Shown one piece after another: positions 50,062-60,536 of a DNA stretch of 64,000 nt (position 1 is its first letter; each line of letters starts with the position of its first letter). Origin of the DNA: Candidatus Altimarinota bacterium (GTDB taxonomy: Bacteria > Patescibacteriota > Gracilibacteria > CAIRYL01 > GCA-016699755); assembly GCA_963664295.1 (NCBI GenBank), contig OY760935.1:1088001-1152000 (forward strand), written 5' to 3'. The notes beneath the pieces were generated by a model. It made no database searches. It had not been told where the DNA came from and saw nothing but the letters and a program-made list of their open reading frames with translations. Made by a program: the position numbers and the translations under genes.

Positions 50062-53000
50062 TTAATCACCATTCCAAACTATCTCCCCAGCATCATTTCC
50101 TCCATGATCTTTTTTGAAAACCTCACGAGCACCCTCTAGTGTTTTGTTTAATGCAGTAGAATTTTTTTGCAAAATAGCTAAAGTCAAAGGCTCAAGTATT
50201 TCAAAAATATCTTCAAGTTTTTGAGGCTCTGCCCTACCGGGATCAACAGCATAAGAAAGCCTGCCTGCCAACAAGTTTTTTAAGTGTTCAAATTTTTCTT
50301 GTGTATCAGGAGCATTTTCATCGCGAACACTAAACAAAGTGCCAAAAAATTCAGGATCAATATTAGTTAAAATCAATCTTAATCTATCAGACATTTCCCC
50401 TGTTGTTAGAGCGTCTTTATTGGTGTCTCCATTATAACCAGGGATACGATTAGTTTTATTGATATCAGACTGACTCATTTGATGATAATCACCTTTTTTG
50501 TAAATTTTTCCATACAAAATAGCATCAGTAGTAGCTATATAACCTGTTTGCCTAGCAAGCCAGGCAGTAAGATCTTCTTTAGACATTTCATGTGAATGAT
50601 TGGCAACATCTGTCATATGCATCAACATACCGTTAATAGCATTAGGATAAAAGGTAGGTACAAATTTAGGATTACCATGATCTGACGCAGTAATGGTTTT
50701 TGCAGAGGTACTATCCCCAATAGAAGCAACCATTGGAGCATAGTCATGATCCCATTTAGCTTGTGAAGATGATTTGATAGTACGCTCTAACACGCGCTTG
50801 CTAGTCATAAAGTTTGTATTAAGCCAATTTCTAAAAGTGACAGGCATTTTACCATTTTCTGTTTCAAACATAGAACCCCATTTTTGATATTCTGCCATTG
50901 TTGGCTCATAAGAAGTAAAGTAATTAATTATTGGTAGATCATTTAAATAAGCATTATCAAGTTTGAGTGCTCTTTCTGGGGTTAAAATTCCCTCTTTAAC
51001 TCCCATAATAATGTAGTAAATTACATCTTCAGCCAACATTTTACCCATAGGAATTGAGTAATCTACAAATTTTTCATAACGCATAGGGTCAACACGAGCT
51101 TTGTCTCCTAATTTTCTTTTTTCTAAAAGCATATTAGCCAAAGCACCTCTTAAATCGTTAGTAAGATTGGCCTCATTATCATAACCATCTTTTTTAGAGT
51201 CATAACTAGAGTTATTGTCTCTATCCAAAGTTCTAAATTCATCATTATCCCAAAAAGCAGCACAAGCTTTTTGGTATTTTTGTTTTAAAACCTGAATATT
51301 TAAGTCATCACCAGGATAAAACCTAACAGGTGCACCACAACGCATAAAAGCGTCTTTAATAATTTGATTACGCCAATCAATCATGCCTTTTTTCGCCAAA
51401 TCTCTCATGCAGGCCTTAAGTACATCTATATTGTTTCCGTTTTGCTCAATTCGTTCATAAACTTGCCAGCCATCCATGTTTTCTAATGGTTCACCATATT
51501 TACTTACTTCTTCTTTTTCTGCTGATTGTGAAAGCAGTCCAAATTCTGCAGCCAAGTCGTCATTGATACCATTAAACATAGCACAACCTGCGTCGCCAGT
51601 TCTTCTTTTGGAATTAGTATTATAGCGTCTTTCAGTATATTCAACATAAGTTTCCCAAAATCTTCTTAAATCTCTAACAGAAAGAAAGGTTGTGCTATCC
51701 CATAAATTTTTAAAATATCCAGGTTGAATATCGCTTTTTTCCGTACTTATAGATAACACTTCAGATGCTTTTCCGTTTAGCTCTTCCATTTTTTTAATTA
51801 CTGCTTCTAGTTCTTCTTCTGTCTTTGCATTTTCCAAAAAAGATTTACAGTTTGCAATAATGTCTTCTGCTCCAGTGGTGAATTCAGTTTTTCCACTTAA
51901 TTTACCTTTTTTAATATCAGCAAGTTTGTTGCGAATTAATTTTTCTTTAACTGTAAACATAGCACGCATTTTTTTAACACGTTTAGGGTCGAGCGTTGAT
52001 CCAGTTTCTATTTCTTCTGCTGCCTCTGATCTCATGTCTCCATGTTGGAAAAATTTTTCCAATAATCCACTTTTAAGATCGTCTTCAGTTGGCAAGAAAT
52101 TTTCCGCACTAATACCAGCTTTTGCTAATTTTTGATCTATTTCATGAGCAATTTTACCAATTTCACCATCAAAATCTTTTGCTAACAAATGCGCAAAAAT
52201 TTCTCGCTCAAAACGAGCCTTTGTTGTTTTAAATCCTTGTTCTCTGCGTTTTGTATTTTCTGTGCTTTTCCATGCTTCAAATCTTTTTTTCCAATCAGCA
52301 AATTCAGGAAAATCCTTAATTGTTGCCATTAATTTTTTGTTTGCTTTTTCATTAGCAAAAAAGTCAACCGCATGAGCAATTTCATGAGCCAATGCTCCGC
52401 CAGTAATCTCACTTTCTTTTAAATAAATTGCATAACCACTGCCTTTTTTGGTGATTTCACCACGCAAATGTTCATGTTTCCATTCATTGTCTGCAATAAT
52501 ATTAAAAACAGGGCTATCATCAGGATTTTTAAAGCTCAATAAATCTTCTTTGTTAATTTGCTCACCGTTGCGAAGTCTGATTAAAAGATTTTTTAATTCC
52601 AAAAATTTTTCTGTTTTTTGGTCAAGTTGAGCCTCTTTGGGTATTAAATCAGCCTTAATATCAGCTAATTCTTCAGTGATTGTGTTTACTTCTGTGCCTA
52701 TTTTTAGCGCTTTTTTGACCTCTTCTGCGGTGCCTGCTCCGCCAAGAGCAACATTATTTTTGCTTAATCTCGTGTTAGCAGTTTTTATGTCATCAGCACT
52801 ATCTTGTAGCCAACTTGAAAAACCTTGTAGTCTCGTTAAATGTAATGGGTCGCCAGCATCTATCATGTTTAATCCTTCATTGCCTGCTGTTCTAAACTTA
52901 GCAACATCCTCCTCATTGGGCACATTTGCCAATGCTTTTTGTGTTTCTTGAAGATCTTTTTTTATTTGCGCTCTTGTATCATTTGGTAAGTCATTTTTTG

Positions 53001-54783
53001 CAAGTGCAGAATGCAAAGAATTAACTCTTTCTTGTAAAATCGCACCACTTTCTTGAGCTGTAGCAATTTGTTTATCAATGCTTGTTTGCAAATTATTCGC
53101 AAGTTTTTCTTTGTCTTTTGGTGCTTCTGCAGAGCGAAAAGTAATACTCATCAAATCCTTGCCTTGTTCTAAAATATCTTGCAATCCTTGGTCTAATTTA
53201 TTGCCACTTTTGCCGAAAAAATCTTGATATAAAGCAGTTTTTTGTATTGTTTTTGCTTTTTTTAGATCAAAAGTTTTTTCCAAAAATCCTTTTTCTTTAG
53301 CTAAAAATAATTCCTCATCAATTTTTGGACTTGTTTGTACAAGTTTGGCAATTTTTTGTTCATCAACACCAAATTCATCAGCAAGTTGAGCTGTTTCTGG
53401 TAATAATGTAGATGAAAAATAAATCTCACCAGTACGCAAAGCTTGAATAAGCTTAGCCTGATCTGCTGGACTTATATTAAAATCAGTAAAAAACTCATGC
53501 ACATCTTGTCTTTTTAGAAAATTTGCATCAGCTAAGTCAGCTCTAAGAATGGTTTTTCCGTCAAAAGATTTGCCATCAACTTTGTTGATATCATGATATA
53601 TTTTTGCCAAAGCTCTTTTTGCACGATTGTATTTTTGGCGCACATCATCAGCTTTTTCTTTAAATTTATCAATTTGTGTAAATATTTTTTCTACATCAGC
53701 AATTTCTTCAGGATCACCCCAGCCATGTTCTTGAATTTCTTGAAAAGCTTTTTTAGTTTTTCCTTCAGATTTTTCAATTATTTCAACTTGTGCTCTTAAT
53801 GCACGAATTTGTTTCTTAAAATTTGCCTTTATCTCATTGGCTAAATTAGGGTCGTCGTAAGCAATGTCAATAATACTAAACACAAGCCCGCTTTCTGTAT
53901 CTGGATCGCCAAACAATCTTTCCAATTCTCTGTTTACTGCACCAACTCCTTGACGAATTAAATTAGCAAGCTCTTGTTCTAATGAATTTTGTAGGCTTTG
54001 TAGATTATTTTGTTTTTCTTGTTCGTTTTCCGAGCTTAAGGTTTGCTCTAGTTTTTTGATTATTTCTGGATTTATTCCTTGTTTTTTTAAGTTACGAATA
54101 TCGCTCGCATATTTTTCAGTTAAAACAACAGATGTATTGTTTTCTTGTGCTGTATTTACAGCTAAATTTAAATCACCTCTATCTTTAATAATTTTTTCTG
54201 CTATTTCATTTGCATTTGCAACACCCATACTTTCTGCAAGTTTTGCCCATGCTTTCAAAGCTTCTGGGTCGGCAAGTTTTTCTTTGTGTTTTTTTGCAAA
54301 ATCTTTAGTACATTCTTTAAGTATATTTTTTCTGAGCACAGTCTTATTGTCATTTTTACCATAAGCAACAATCCACTGAAGATGACCAAGTAGATCAGCT
54401 AAATCATCAGCATTGCGAGTTAGCGCCATGGCTTCTGCAATAGAAAGTCCAGCAAAAACTTGCTCTTGTGCTGGATCAAGGTATCCAGCAGGCAAATCAA
54501 GATTGCCCAAAATTATTTCATTATCTTCTTGTAATAATTCTTGAATTTTTTCTTGTTCCTGCTCTGTTAGCTGTGGATTTTTTTGTTCTTGTCGCAAAAA
54601 AGCTTTTTCAGCTGTATTTAAACCCTCTTGTTCCAGTAAGGTTTTAATTTGTGCTAATTTTTCTTTTTGATCGCCATCTTCTGAAAGTTGAGAAATTTGT
54701 CCACTATTCATTTGCAAAAAAGGCATTCTAACTTCTAAAAAGAAGTTTTTTTTCTGTCCGCCTTTTTGTGGGATTGCTCTCAT
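50062..54783 (-). CDS. 1573-aa hypothetical protein with coiled coils and a HEXXH zincin-like motif
   Basis: long ORF; GALAHEIAH...EREIFA. Confidence 0.75.
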   Translation of the reverse strand: MRAIPQKGGQKKNFFLEVRMPFLQMNSGQISQLSEDGDQKEKLAQIKTLLEQEGLNTAEKAFLRQEQKNPQLTEQEQEKIQELLQEDNEIILGNLDLPAGYLDPAQEQVFAGLSIAEAMALTRNADDLADLLGHLQWIVAYGKNDNKTVLRKNILKECTKDFAKKHKEKLADPEALKAWAKLAESMGVANANEIAEKIIKDRGDLNLAVNTAQENNTSVVLTEKYASDIRNLKKQGINPEIIKKLEQTLSSENEQEKQNNLQSLQNSLEQELANLIRQGVGAVNRELERLFGDPDTESGLVFSIIDIAYDDPNLANEIKANFKKQIRALRAQVEIIEKSEGKTKKAFQEIQEHGWGDPEEIADVEKIFTQIDKFKEKADDVRQKYNRAKRALAKIYHDINKVDGKSFDGKTILRADLADANFLKRQDVHEFFTDFNISPADQAKLIQALRTGEIYFSSTLLPETAQLADEFGVDEQKIAKLVQTSPKIDEELFLAKEKGFLEKTFDLKKAKTIQKTALYQDFFGKSGNKLDQGLQDILEQGKDLMSITFRSAEAPKDKEKLANNLQTSIDKQIATAQESGAILQERVNSLHSALAKNDLPNDTRAQIKKDLQETQKALANVPNEEDVAKFRTAGNEGLNMIDAGDPLHLTRLQGFSSWLQDSADDIKTANTRLSKNNVALGGAGTAEEVKKALKIGTEVNTITEELADIKADLIPKEAQLDQKTEKFLELKNLLIRLRNGEQINKEDLLSFKNPDDSPVFNIIADNEWKHEHLRGEITKKGSGYAIYLKESEITGGALAHEIAHAVDFFANEKANKKLMATIKDFPEFADWKKRFEAWKSTENTKRREQGFKTTKARFEREIFAHLLAKDFDGEIGKIAHEIDQKLAKAGISAENFLPTEDDLKSGLLEKFFQHGDMRSEAAEEIETGSTLDPKRVKKMRAMFTVKEKLIRNKLADIKKGKLSGKTEFTTGAEDIIANCKSFLENAKTEEELEAVIKKMEELNGKASEVLSISTEKSDIQPGYFKNLWDSTTFLSVRDLRRFWETYVEYTERRYNTNSKRRTGDAGCAMFNGINDDLAAEFGLLSQSAEKEEVSKYGEPLENMDGWQVYERIEQNGNNIDVLKACMRDLAKKGMIDWRNQIIKDAFMRCGAPVRFYPGDDLNIQVLKQKYQKACAAFWDNDEFRTLDRDNNSSYDSKKDGYDNEANLTNDLRGALANMLLEKRKLGDKARVDPMRYEKFVDYSIPMGKMLAEDVIYYIIMGVKEGILTPERALKLDNAYLNDLPIINYFTSYEPTMAEYQKWGSMFETENGKMPVTFRNWLNTNFMTSKRVLERTIKSSSQAKWDHDYAPMVASIGDSTSAKTITASDHGNPKFVPTFYPNAINGMLMHMTDVANHSHEMSKEDLTAWLARQTGYIATTDAILYGKIYKKGDYHQMSQSDINKTNRIPGYNGDTNKDALTTGEMSDRLRLILTNIDPEFFGTLFSVRDENAPDTQEKFEHLKNLLAGRLSYAVDPGRAEPQKLEDIFEILEPLTLAILQKNSTALNKTLEGAREVFKKDHGGNDAGEIVWNGD

Positions 54784-54944
54784 TAGATTTTATATTCCCA
54801 AAATCTTAATATTATCTCATAAAATCGAGCAAAAATCAATGCTTACCTTGGTTTTTATGTGTAAAAAATATTAAGATTTTTATCTTTTTACACCTAAAAA
54901 AATCTTTTGTCAAGAAAAAGGCATGAAAATAAGAATAGGAAAAA

Positions 54945-55787
54945 CTAGATTTGCCCCTTTGCAGAGCGCGCAGAGTGACATTGAATATTTACAGCCACAG
55001 GCATAGAAGCAATATGACAAGGTGCTTGTTCAATGTGCACACCAAGAATAGATTCTTTTCCACCATATCCCATAGCACCAATTTTTAATTTATTTACTTC
55101 TTTAAGAATTTTTCCTTCTAGCTGAGCGTATTTTTTGTTTTTATTTTTCGTGCCTAATTCTCTGCTAATTGCTTTTTTTGCCAATGTGCCCACGCTATCA
55201 AAACTGCTACCAATACCAATACCTAAAACAAAAGGAGGGCAAGCTGAGCCACCAGCTTTTTTTGCAGTATCAGTAATAAAATCAATAATTCCTTGTTCTC
55301 CGTCTGCTGGCACAAGCATTTTTAATCTACTTTTGTTTTCAGCTCCTCCTCCTTTTGGTAAAAATTTTATCTTAATTTTATCTCCCTTGATTTGCTCAAG
55401 ATGAATAAAAGCAGGTAGATTATCCCCTTTGTTTTTGCGCTCAAAAAGCGGATCAACAACGGTAGATTTTCTTAAATAAAATTTTTTATAAGCTTTTTTT
55501 GTTGCTCTGTTAATTATTTTTTTAATTGGCTCAGAAAGCAAAACCTCATTGCCAATTTCAATAAAAAAAATAGCCAAACCAGTGTCCTGACAAAGAGGTA
55601 ATTCCTCTTTTTCTGCAATTTCCCAATTTTTCTGAGCTTGGCTCAAAGCTGTTTTTGAGAGCTTGTTAGTTTCTTTGTTTGCCAGTTGGTTTATTTTTGT
55701 GCGCACTTTTTTTGGTAAAACAAAATTTGCCTCATAAATAAGTTTTTCAACCAAAGCCTCAATTTTTTTTGACTCAATTTTTTTCAT
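54945..55787 (-). CDS. Fe-S hydro-lyase (fumarase / tartrate dehydratase) alpha subunit
   Basis: PLCQDTG, PKGGGAEN, ACPP, PCHIAS.PVAVNIQCH. Confidence 0.92.
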   Translation of the reverse strand: MKKIESKKIEALVEKLIYEANFVLPKKVRTKINQLANKETNKLSKTALSQAQKNWEIAEKEELPLCQDTGLAIFFIEIGNEVLLSEPIKKIINRATKKAYKKFYLRKSTVVDPLFERKNKGDNLPAFIHLEQIKGDKIKIKFLPKGGGAENKSRLKMLVPADGEQGIIDFITDTAKKAGGSACPPFVLGIGIGSSFDSVGTLAKKAISRELGTKNKNKKYAQLEGKILKEVNKLKIGAMGYGGKESILGVHIEQAPCHIASMPVAVNIQCHSARSAKGQI

Positions 55788-55837
55788 AAATTTACTATTT
55801 TTGTATTACTGTACTGGTACACTAATACGGTAATACA

Positions 55838-56098
55838 TTAAATTATTTTAATTAACTTAATTCTATCTGTTTTTCCGGAAATAATCTCCACTTCTGCGCC
55901 AAATTTTTTCTTAAAAAACTTAATTATTTCTTTATTAGCTTTATTTTTTTCTGGCACTGCATTAACCCGCATTTTCCATGTTTCATGGTCTAATTTTTCA
56001 CTTATTTCTGTTTTTTGTGCATTGGGAATTGCTTTTATTTTAATATAAAAAGGTTTTTCTTGCTGATTATTTAAAAATTCCTGCATTTTTTCGTTCAT
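55838..56098 (-). CDS. DUF167 / YggU-family protein
   Basis: IK.IPNA, PEKNKAN, EIISG.T.R.K. Confidence 0.85.
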   Translation of the reverse strand: MNEKMQEFLNNQQEKPFYIKIKAIPNAQKTEISEKLDHETWKMRVNAVPEKNKANKEIIKFFKKKFGAEVEIISGKTDRIKLIKII

Positions 56099-57333
56099 TT
56101 TTTTGATTTTAAGTAATCTTTTTTCAAAATTTCCATTAAAAATGTGTCATGAAATTTATTTTCTTTGTAATAAAATTTTTTTAGCTCGCCTACATAGCGA
56201 AAACCACATTTTTCATAAACACGACAAGCAGGCTTATTAGCTTTATATACATAAAGAGAAACTCGTTCAAAGTCAGCTATCTCAAAAGCAAATCGCAATA
56301 ATCCTTGCAAAACTTCAGTGGCAATGCCCTGACCCCAATATTTTTTTTCACCAATCACAATACCAAATTCCAAAGAAAAACTATTGCAAGGATGCACTCT
56401 AAGTGATGTATTGCCTATTGGTTTTTTGGTTTTTTTATCTATAATCGAAAGTTGAAAATTGCGTAAATCTTTTTTGGAGCTTATGTAAAACTCTTCCTCC
56501 ATTTCATAATTAACAGGAGGGACAATGCTTTTAAGATACTTAACAACCTTTTTGTCGTTAAACCATTTTACCCAGGCATTTAAGTCATTTTTTTCTGATA
56601 ATCGTAAAATTAATCTTTTTGTCTTTAAGGGAAAAGCGTTTTTGCGTAATTGTAAAAAGTTTTTTTCATCATCAGGCACACCTTTTAAGTTTTTAAATTG
56701 CCATTTTTCAATCTTCGCATGATTACCAGAGCGAAGAACTTTTGGTACTTTCATGCCCTTGAAATCAGCTGGACGAGTATATTGCGGAAATTCTTTTTGA
56801 TAAAATAATTCCTCAGAAAAACTTTCTTTGTCCAAGCTTTCTTCGCCACCCACAACTCCAGGAATAAGTCTAGCAACAGAATCAATAAGACACATAGCCG
56901 GCAGTTCGCCACCAGTTAAAACAAAATCGCCAATAGAAATTTCCTCATCAACAAGCTCATCTCGCACTCTCTGGTCAATTCCCTCAAAATGACCACAAAG
57001 TAAAATTAAATTATTTTTTTCCTGTGCCAGTTTTTCAGATTTTTGTTGCGTTAGGTTTTTTCCTTGAGGTGTCAGAAAAATTACTTTTGCTTTTTTTCCT
57101 GATTTTTTCTTTGCCCATTTTATGGCTTCAAAAAGAGGCTCTGGCTTCATCAGCATTCCCGCACCACCACCAAAAGGCACATCATCAACATTTTTTCTTT
57201 TGCCACTTGCAAAATCACGAATGTTTTTTGTTTCAATATTAATTAATTTTTGATCTTGCGCACGCTTGATTATGCTCTCTGCAAAAGGGCTTTCAAACAT
57301 TTCCGGAAAAAGTGTGAGCACAAGGAATTTCAT
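56095..57333 (-). CDS. trmD: tRNA (guanine37-N1)-methyltransferase fused to a RimJ/RimL-type GNAT domain
   Basis: LTLFPE, PFGGGAGM, CGHFEGIDQR, SIGDFVLTGGE; then TKRLILR...WGQGIATE...N..A..VYEKCGF. Confidence 0.92.
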   Translation of the reverse strand: MKFLVLTLFPEMFESPFAESIIKRAQDQKLINIETKNIRDFASGKRKNVDDVPFGGGAGMLMKPEPLFEAIKWAKKKSGKKAKVIFLTPQGKNLTQQKSEKLAQEKNNLILLCGHFEGIDQRVRDELVDEEISIGDFVLTGGELPAMCLIDSVARLIPGVVGGEESLDKESFSEELFYQKEFPQYTRPADFKGMKVPKVLRSGNHAKIEKWQFKNLKGVPDDEKNFLQLRKNAFPLKTKRLILRLSEKNDLNAWVKWFNDKKVVKYLKSIVPPVNYEMEEEFYISSKKDLRNFQLSIIDKKTKKPIGNTSLRVHPCNSFSLEFGIVIGEKKYWGQGIATEVLQGLLRFAFEIADFERVSLYVYKANKPACRVYEKCGFRYVGELKKFYYKENKFHDTFLMEILKKDYLKSKK

Positions 57334-57408
57334 ACAAAACTAATTTTCGCATAAACTTGTGATTTTTCCAAAAAAGTGAAAAAATAAATTCGATTTAATT
57401 ATTTTTAA

Positions 57409-58824
57409 ATGAAAAAGAAGGCCATTGTTTTTTTGCTTTTAATCCTAGTTGTTGGTGCAGGTGCTTTTTGGGCTCATCAAGAAAAAGAAGAAACAGAAGA
57501 CGCAAACGAGATGCTAAGATTTATTCCTGCAAATTCATTTATGATTACTGATAGTTTTGGATTTATGCCTAAAAACTCAAAATTCCATGTTGTTTCAGGC
57601 GGAATAATGCACTTTGACAAAATAAATTTTGACTCAGATGAGCCTTTAACAAGTGAGGAGCTTCAAATTATTGAGGTGGTTAAGGGTGCTAATCAAGAAG
57701 AGATAGAAGAACTTGTAAATCAAATGTCAGCGTTTACTTATCAAGAATATGTTTATCAAAAAGTTGGCGATCTTTATTTAATTTCCAATAGTCAAGAATT
57801 TTTAGAAGAAGTGCAAAAAGAAGATTTTCAATCAATTGTTGGCAATGAAGAATATTTAAGCCTTAAGGGTAAATTACCTAAAGATAAAAACAACTTAAGC
57901 GCTATTTTAATGCCAAACGCCTTAGGTTTGGATAATAATCCAATTGAAAGCGCTTTTATGGTGATGGATATAAATTATGAAAATGAACTAGAATCAGTTT
58001 TGTCAGAAGGAGAAGTTAGATTTAATCCTGAGCAATTAGCAAAATGGAGAATTTCTATAGGCAGTGAGGGTGATGAGTTTTCATTGGCAAAAAAAATAAT
58101 CAATAATAATTCCTGGTTTTTGTTAGAAATTAGCGATTTTGCTGATAAATTGCGTTTTATTGAAGATATAGTTGCCAAAAATCATCCACTTGGCAATACA
58201 GTAGTAAAAAATGGCAAAAAACAATTTGAAATCAGCACAGGATTAAACTTAGAAGAAGATATTTATGCCTGGCTAGACAAATCAGTAGCTATTTATGTCT
58301 CAAAAAGTGAAACAGAAATGCCAGATATTTCTTTATTAGTGGATGTAAGTAGTAATTCAGAAAAAGCACAGGAAATAATAAATAAAGCAAATCAATATTT
58401 GTCTCTTTGGCTTCAATTAGATGAAAATCTTAATGGAAAAATAAAAATTAGCAAGCTTGATAATGGTTTTACTCGTTATAAATTAAAAGAAGGTGAGTCT
58501 TTTTCTGAGGCAATTGAATTTGAGAATTTTTTACAAGAAAGAGGAATTAGTTGGGGCATTAATGAGGATAGTATCTTGGTAATCACTAGTGCTGATCTTG
58601 ATAATTTATTTCCAACAGAAGCAAAAGATTTGCCAGAAGGTTATCAAAAAGGAAAAGCTCTTGTTTATTGGAATATGTCTTTTGAAGATTTACCAAATTA
58701 TGATCAAATTAAAGACATAATGAATGAATATTATGGAGATAAAAAGTTTGCAAATGCGTATATAAATTTTAAAACAGAAAAAAATAAAATTATTTTTGAT
58801 GCACTTGTAAATTTTTTTGAATAA
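57409..58824 (+). CDS. membrane-anchored hypothetical protein (DUF3352-like)
   Basis: N-terminal TM; GLNLEEDI..W pattern; family call tentative. Confidence 0.6.
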   Translation: MKKKAIVFLLLILVVGAGAFWAHQEKEETEDANEMLRFIPANSFMITDSFGFMPKNSKFHVVSGGIMHFDKINFDSDEPLTSEELQIIEVVKGANQEEIEELVNQMSAFTYQEYVYQKVGDLYLISNSQEFLEEVQKEDFQSIVGNEEYLSLKGKLPKDKNNLSAILMPNALGLDNNPIESAFMVMDINYENELESVLSEGEVRFNPEQLAKWRISIGSEGDEFSLAKKIINNNSWFLLEISDFADKLRFIEDIVAKNHPLGNTVVKNGKKQFEISTGLNLEEDIYAWLDKSVAIYVSKSETEMPDISLLVDVSSNSEKAQEIINKANQYLSLWLQLDENLNGKIKISKLDNGFTRYKLKEGESFSEAIEFENFLQERGISWGINEDSILVITSADLDNLFPTEAKDLPEGYQKGKALVYWNMSFEDLPNYDQIKDIMNEYYGDKKFANAYINFKTEKNKIIFDALVNFFE

Positions 58825-59415
58825 ATGAGGAGAAAAATTGAAATTCTTGAAATTCGTCGGCAATCAGCACATTTGCTTTATGGGTTTATTTTAGCGGTTT
58901 CGCTTTATTTAAAAATTATTGATCCTTATTTCTTGTTGGGTGTTTTATTTATTGCCTTTGGGCTTTCTTTGTTTTCTTGCAGGTCGAGTATTCCTGTTTT
59001 TTGCAAATTTCTTCATGTTTTTGAGCGCAAAAAAGATCTTAAAAAATTACCAGGAAAAGGTCTTTTGTTTTTTACCCTTGGAGCTACACTGACTACTATT
59101 TTGTTCCCTCTTAATATCGCGGTTGCTAGTATTTTGATTTTGTCTTTTGGTGACTCAGTTTCACATATTTTTGGTCGTCATTTTGGTCGCACAAAAACCC
59201 CATTTCATGATAAAAAATATATTGAGGGGTCTATTTTTGGAATTTTGGTTTCTGCGCTTGCGGCTTCGTTTTTTGTGCCTTCTTGGAGCGCGCTTTTGGC
59301 AAGTACAGTTGCTATGATACTGGAATTTCCAGAAATAAAAATTAAAGGAATATTGATTGATGATAATATTATTGTGCCCCTTGGTGCTGGCTTGACTATG
59401 TATTTACTTGTTTAA
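58825..59415 (+). CDS. SEC59 / dolichol-phytol kinase-like CTP-dependent membrane kinase
   Basis: EIRRQ..H, GD..S.IFG..FG, K..EGS, DDN..VP. Confidence 0.82.
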   Translation: MRRKIEILEIRRQSAHLLYGFILAVSLYLKIIDPYFLLGVLFIAFGLSLFSCRSSIPVFCKFLHVFERKKDLKKLPGKGLLFFTLGATLTTILFPLNIAVASILILSFGDSVSHIFGRHFGRTKTPFHDKKYIEGSIFGILVSALAASFFVPSWSALLASTVAMILEFPEIKIKGILIDDNIIVPLGAGLTMYLLV

Positions 59416-59771
59416 TGCTTAAAAAAACAGGCAAAAAAGGTGAGGACATTGCAGTTAGTTTTTTACAACAGAAAAAATATAAGATTTTAGATCAAAATTT
59501 TTGTATTCGCGGTGGAGAAATTGATATTATTGCGGAAAAAGATGAGCAAATTGTTTTTGTGGAAGTTAAAACTAGAAAAAACAAAAAATTTGGAGAAATT
59601 ATTGAGCAAATTAGTAAAAATAAACAGAATTTTTTAATAAATTCAGCAAATAATTATTTATTTCAAAAAGAATTAACAGAAAAAAACTGGCGAATTGATG
59701 TAATTACAGTTTTTTTATCTGATCAAGAGCCAAAAATAGAACACATTAAAAACGCTATTACTTATTTGTAG
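59415..59771 (+). CDS. YraN-family nuclease-like protein
   Basis: G..GE..A, GEIDII, VFVEVKTR, RIDVI. Confidence 0.92.
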   Translation: MLKKTGKKGEDIAVSFLQQKKYKILDQNFCIRGGEIDIIAEKDEQIVFVEVKTRKNKKFGEIIEQISKNKQNFLINSANNYLFQKELTEKNWRIDVITVFLSDQEPKIEHIKNAITYL

Positions 59772-60535
59772 TGTTTTTTTGAAAAATAAAAAACAATTAT
59801 TCCAAAAAAAATAGTTAATATTGCTAGTATTTGCCCCATTGTCAAAAAGCTTATTATAAAGCCAAGTTGAGAGTCCGGCTCTCTGATAAATTCTGTTAAA
59901 AACCGAAAAGAGCCAATTAAAATTAAAAACAAACTGGAAATAAATCCTATTTTTGGTTTTATTTTTAAATAAATATAAAAAAGAATAAAAAATATAGTGA
60001 GATTTTTAAATGAGTCTATTAACTGAGATGGCCAGCGCGCAACTCCATCACCAAAATCACAACCCATAAAAAATTCAGTTTCTCTGCCAATTAGCTCACC
60101 ATTAACAAAATTGCCAATTCTACCCAAGCAAAGGGCAAAAACAAAGCCAATTACAATTAAATCTGTGATGTATAGAAATTTTTGTTTTTTTATTTTTGTG
60201 TAAATCCAAAGAGAGAGTGTGCCACCAATAATTCCACCATGCACACTAATTCCGCCTTGCCAAATTGCAAATATTTTTTCTGGATTTGCAGTAAAGTAAT
60301 CAAAATTATAAATCAAAACATAAAAAATTCTTGAGCCTATTATTCCGCCAATTAAAGCCCAAAAAATATAATCAAAAATTTCCTCTTTTTTTATTTTGTT
60401 ATCTCTTTTTGTTAAGTATTTAATAATAAAATAGCCAAAAATTACACCCAAGGTGGCTAAGACTCCATAGGTATGGATTTGAAAATTCCCTAAATCCAAA
60501 AGGACTTTTGGAAAAATATTTTGGCAATTAAGCAT
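59762..60535 (-). CDS. lgt: prolipoprotein diacylglyceryl transferase
   Basis: WQGGISVHGG, GRIGNFVNGE, PSQL, EFIREPD. Confidence 0.93.
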   Translation of the reverse strand: MLNCQNIFPKVLLDLGNFQIHTYGVLATLGVIFGYFIIKYLTKRDNKIKKEEIFDYIFWALIGGIIGSRIFYVLIYNFDYFTANPEKIFAIWQGGISVHGGIIGGTLSLWIYTKIKKQKFLYITDLIVIGFVFALCLGRIGNFVNGELIGRETEFFMGCDFGDGVARWPSQLIDSFKNLTIFFILFYIYLKIKPKIGFISSLFLILIGSFRFLTEFIREPDSQLGFIISFLTMGQILAILTIFFGIIVFYFSKKHYK

Positions 60536-60536
60536 A

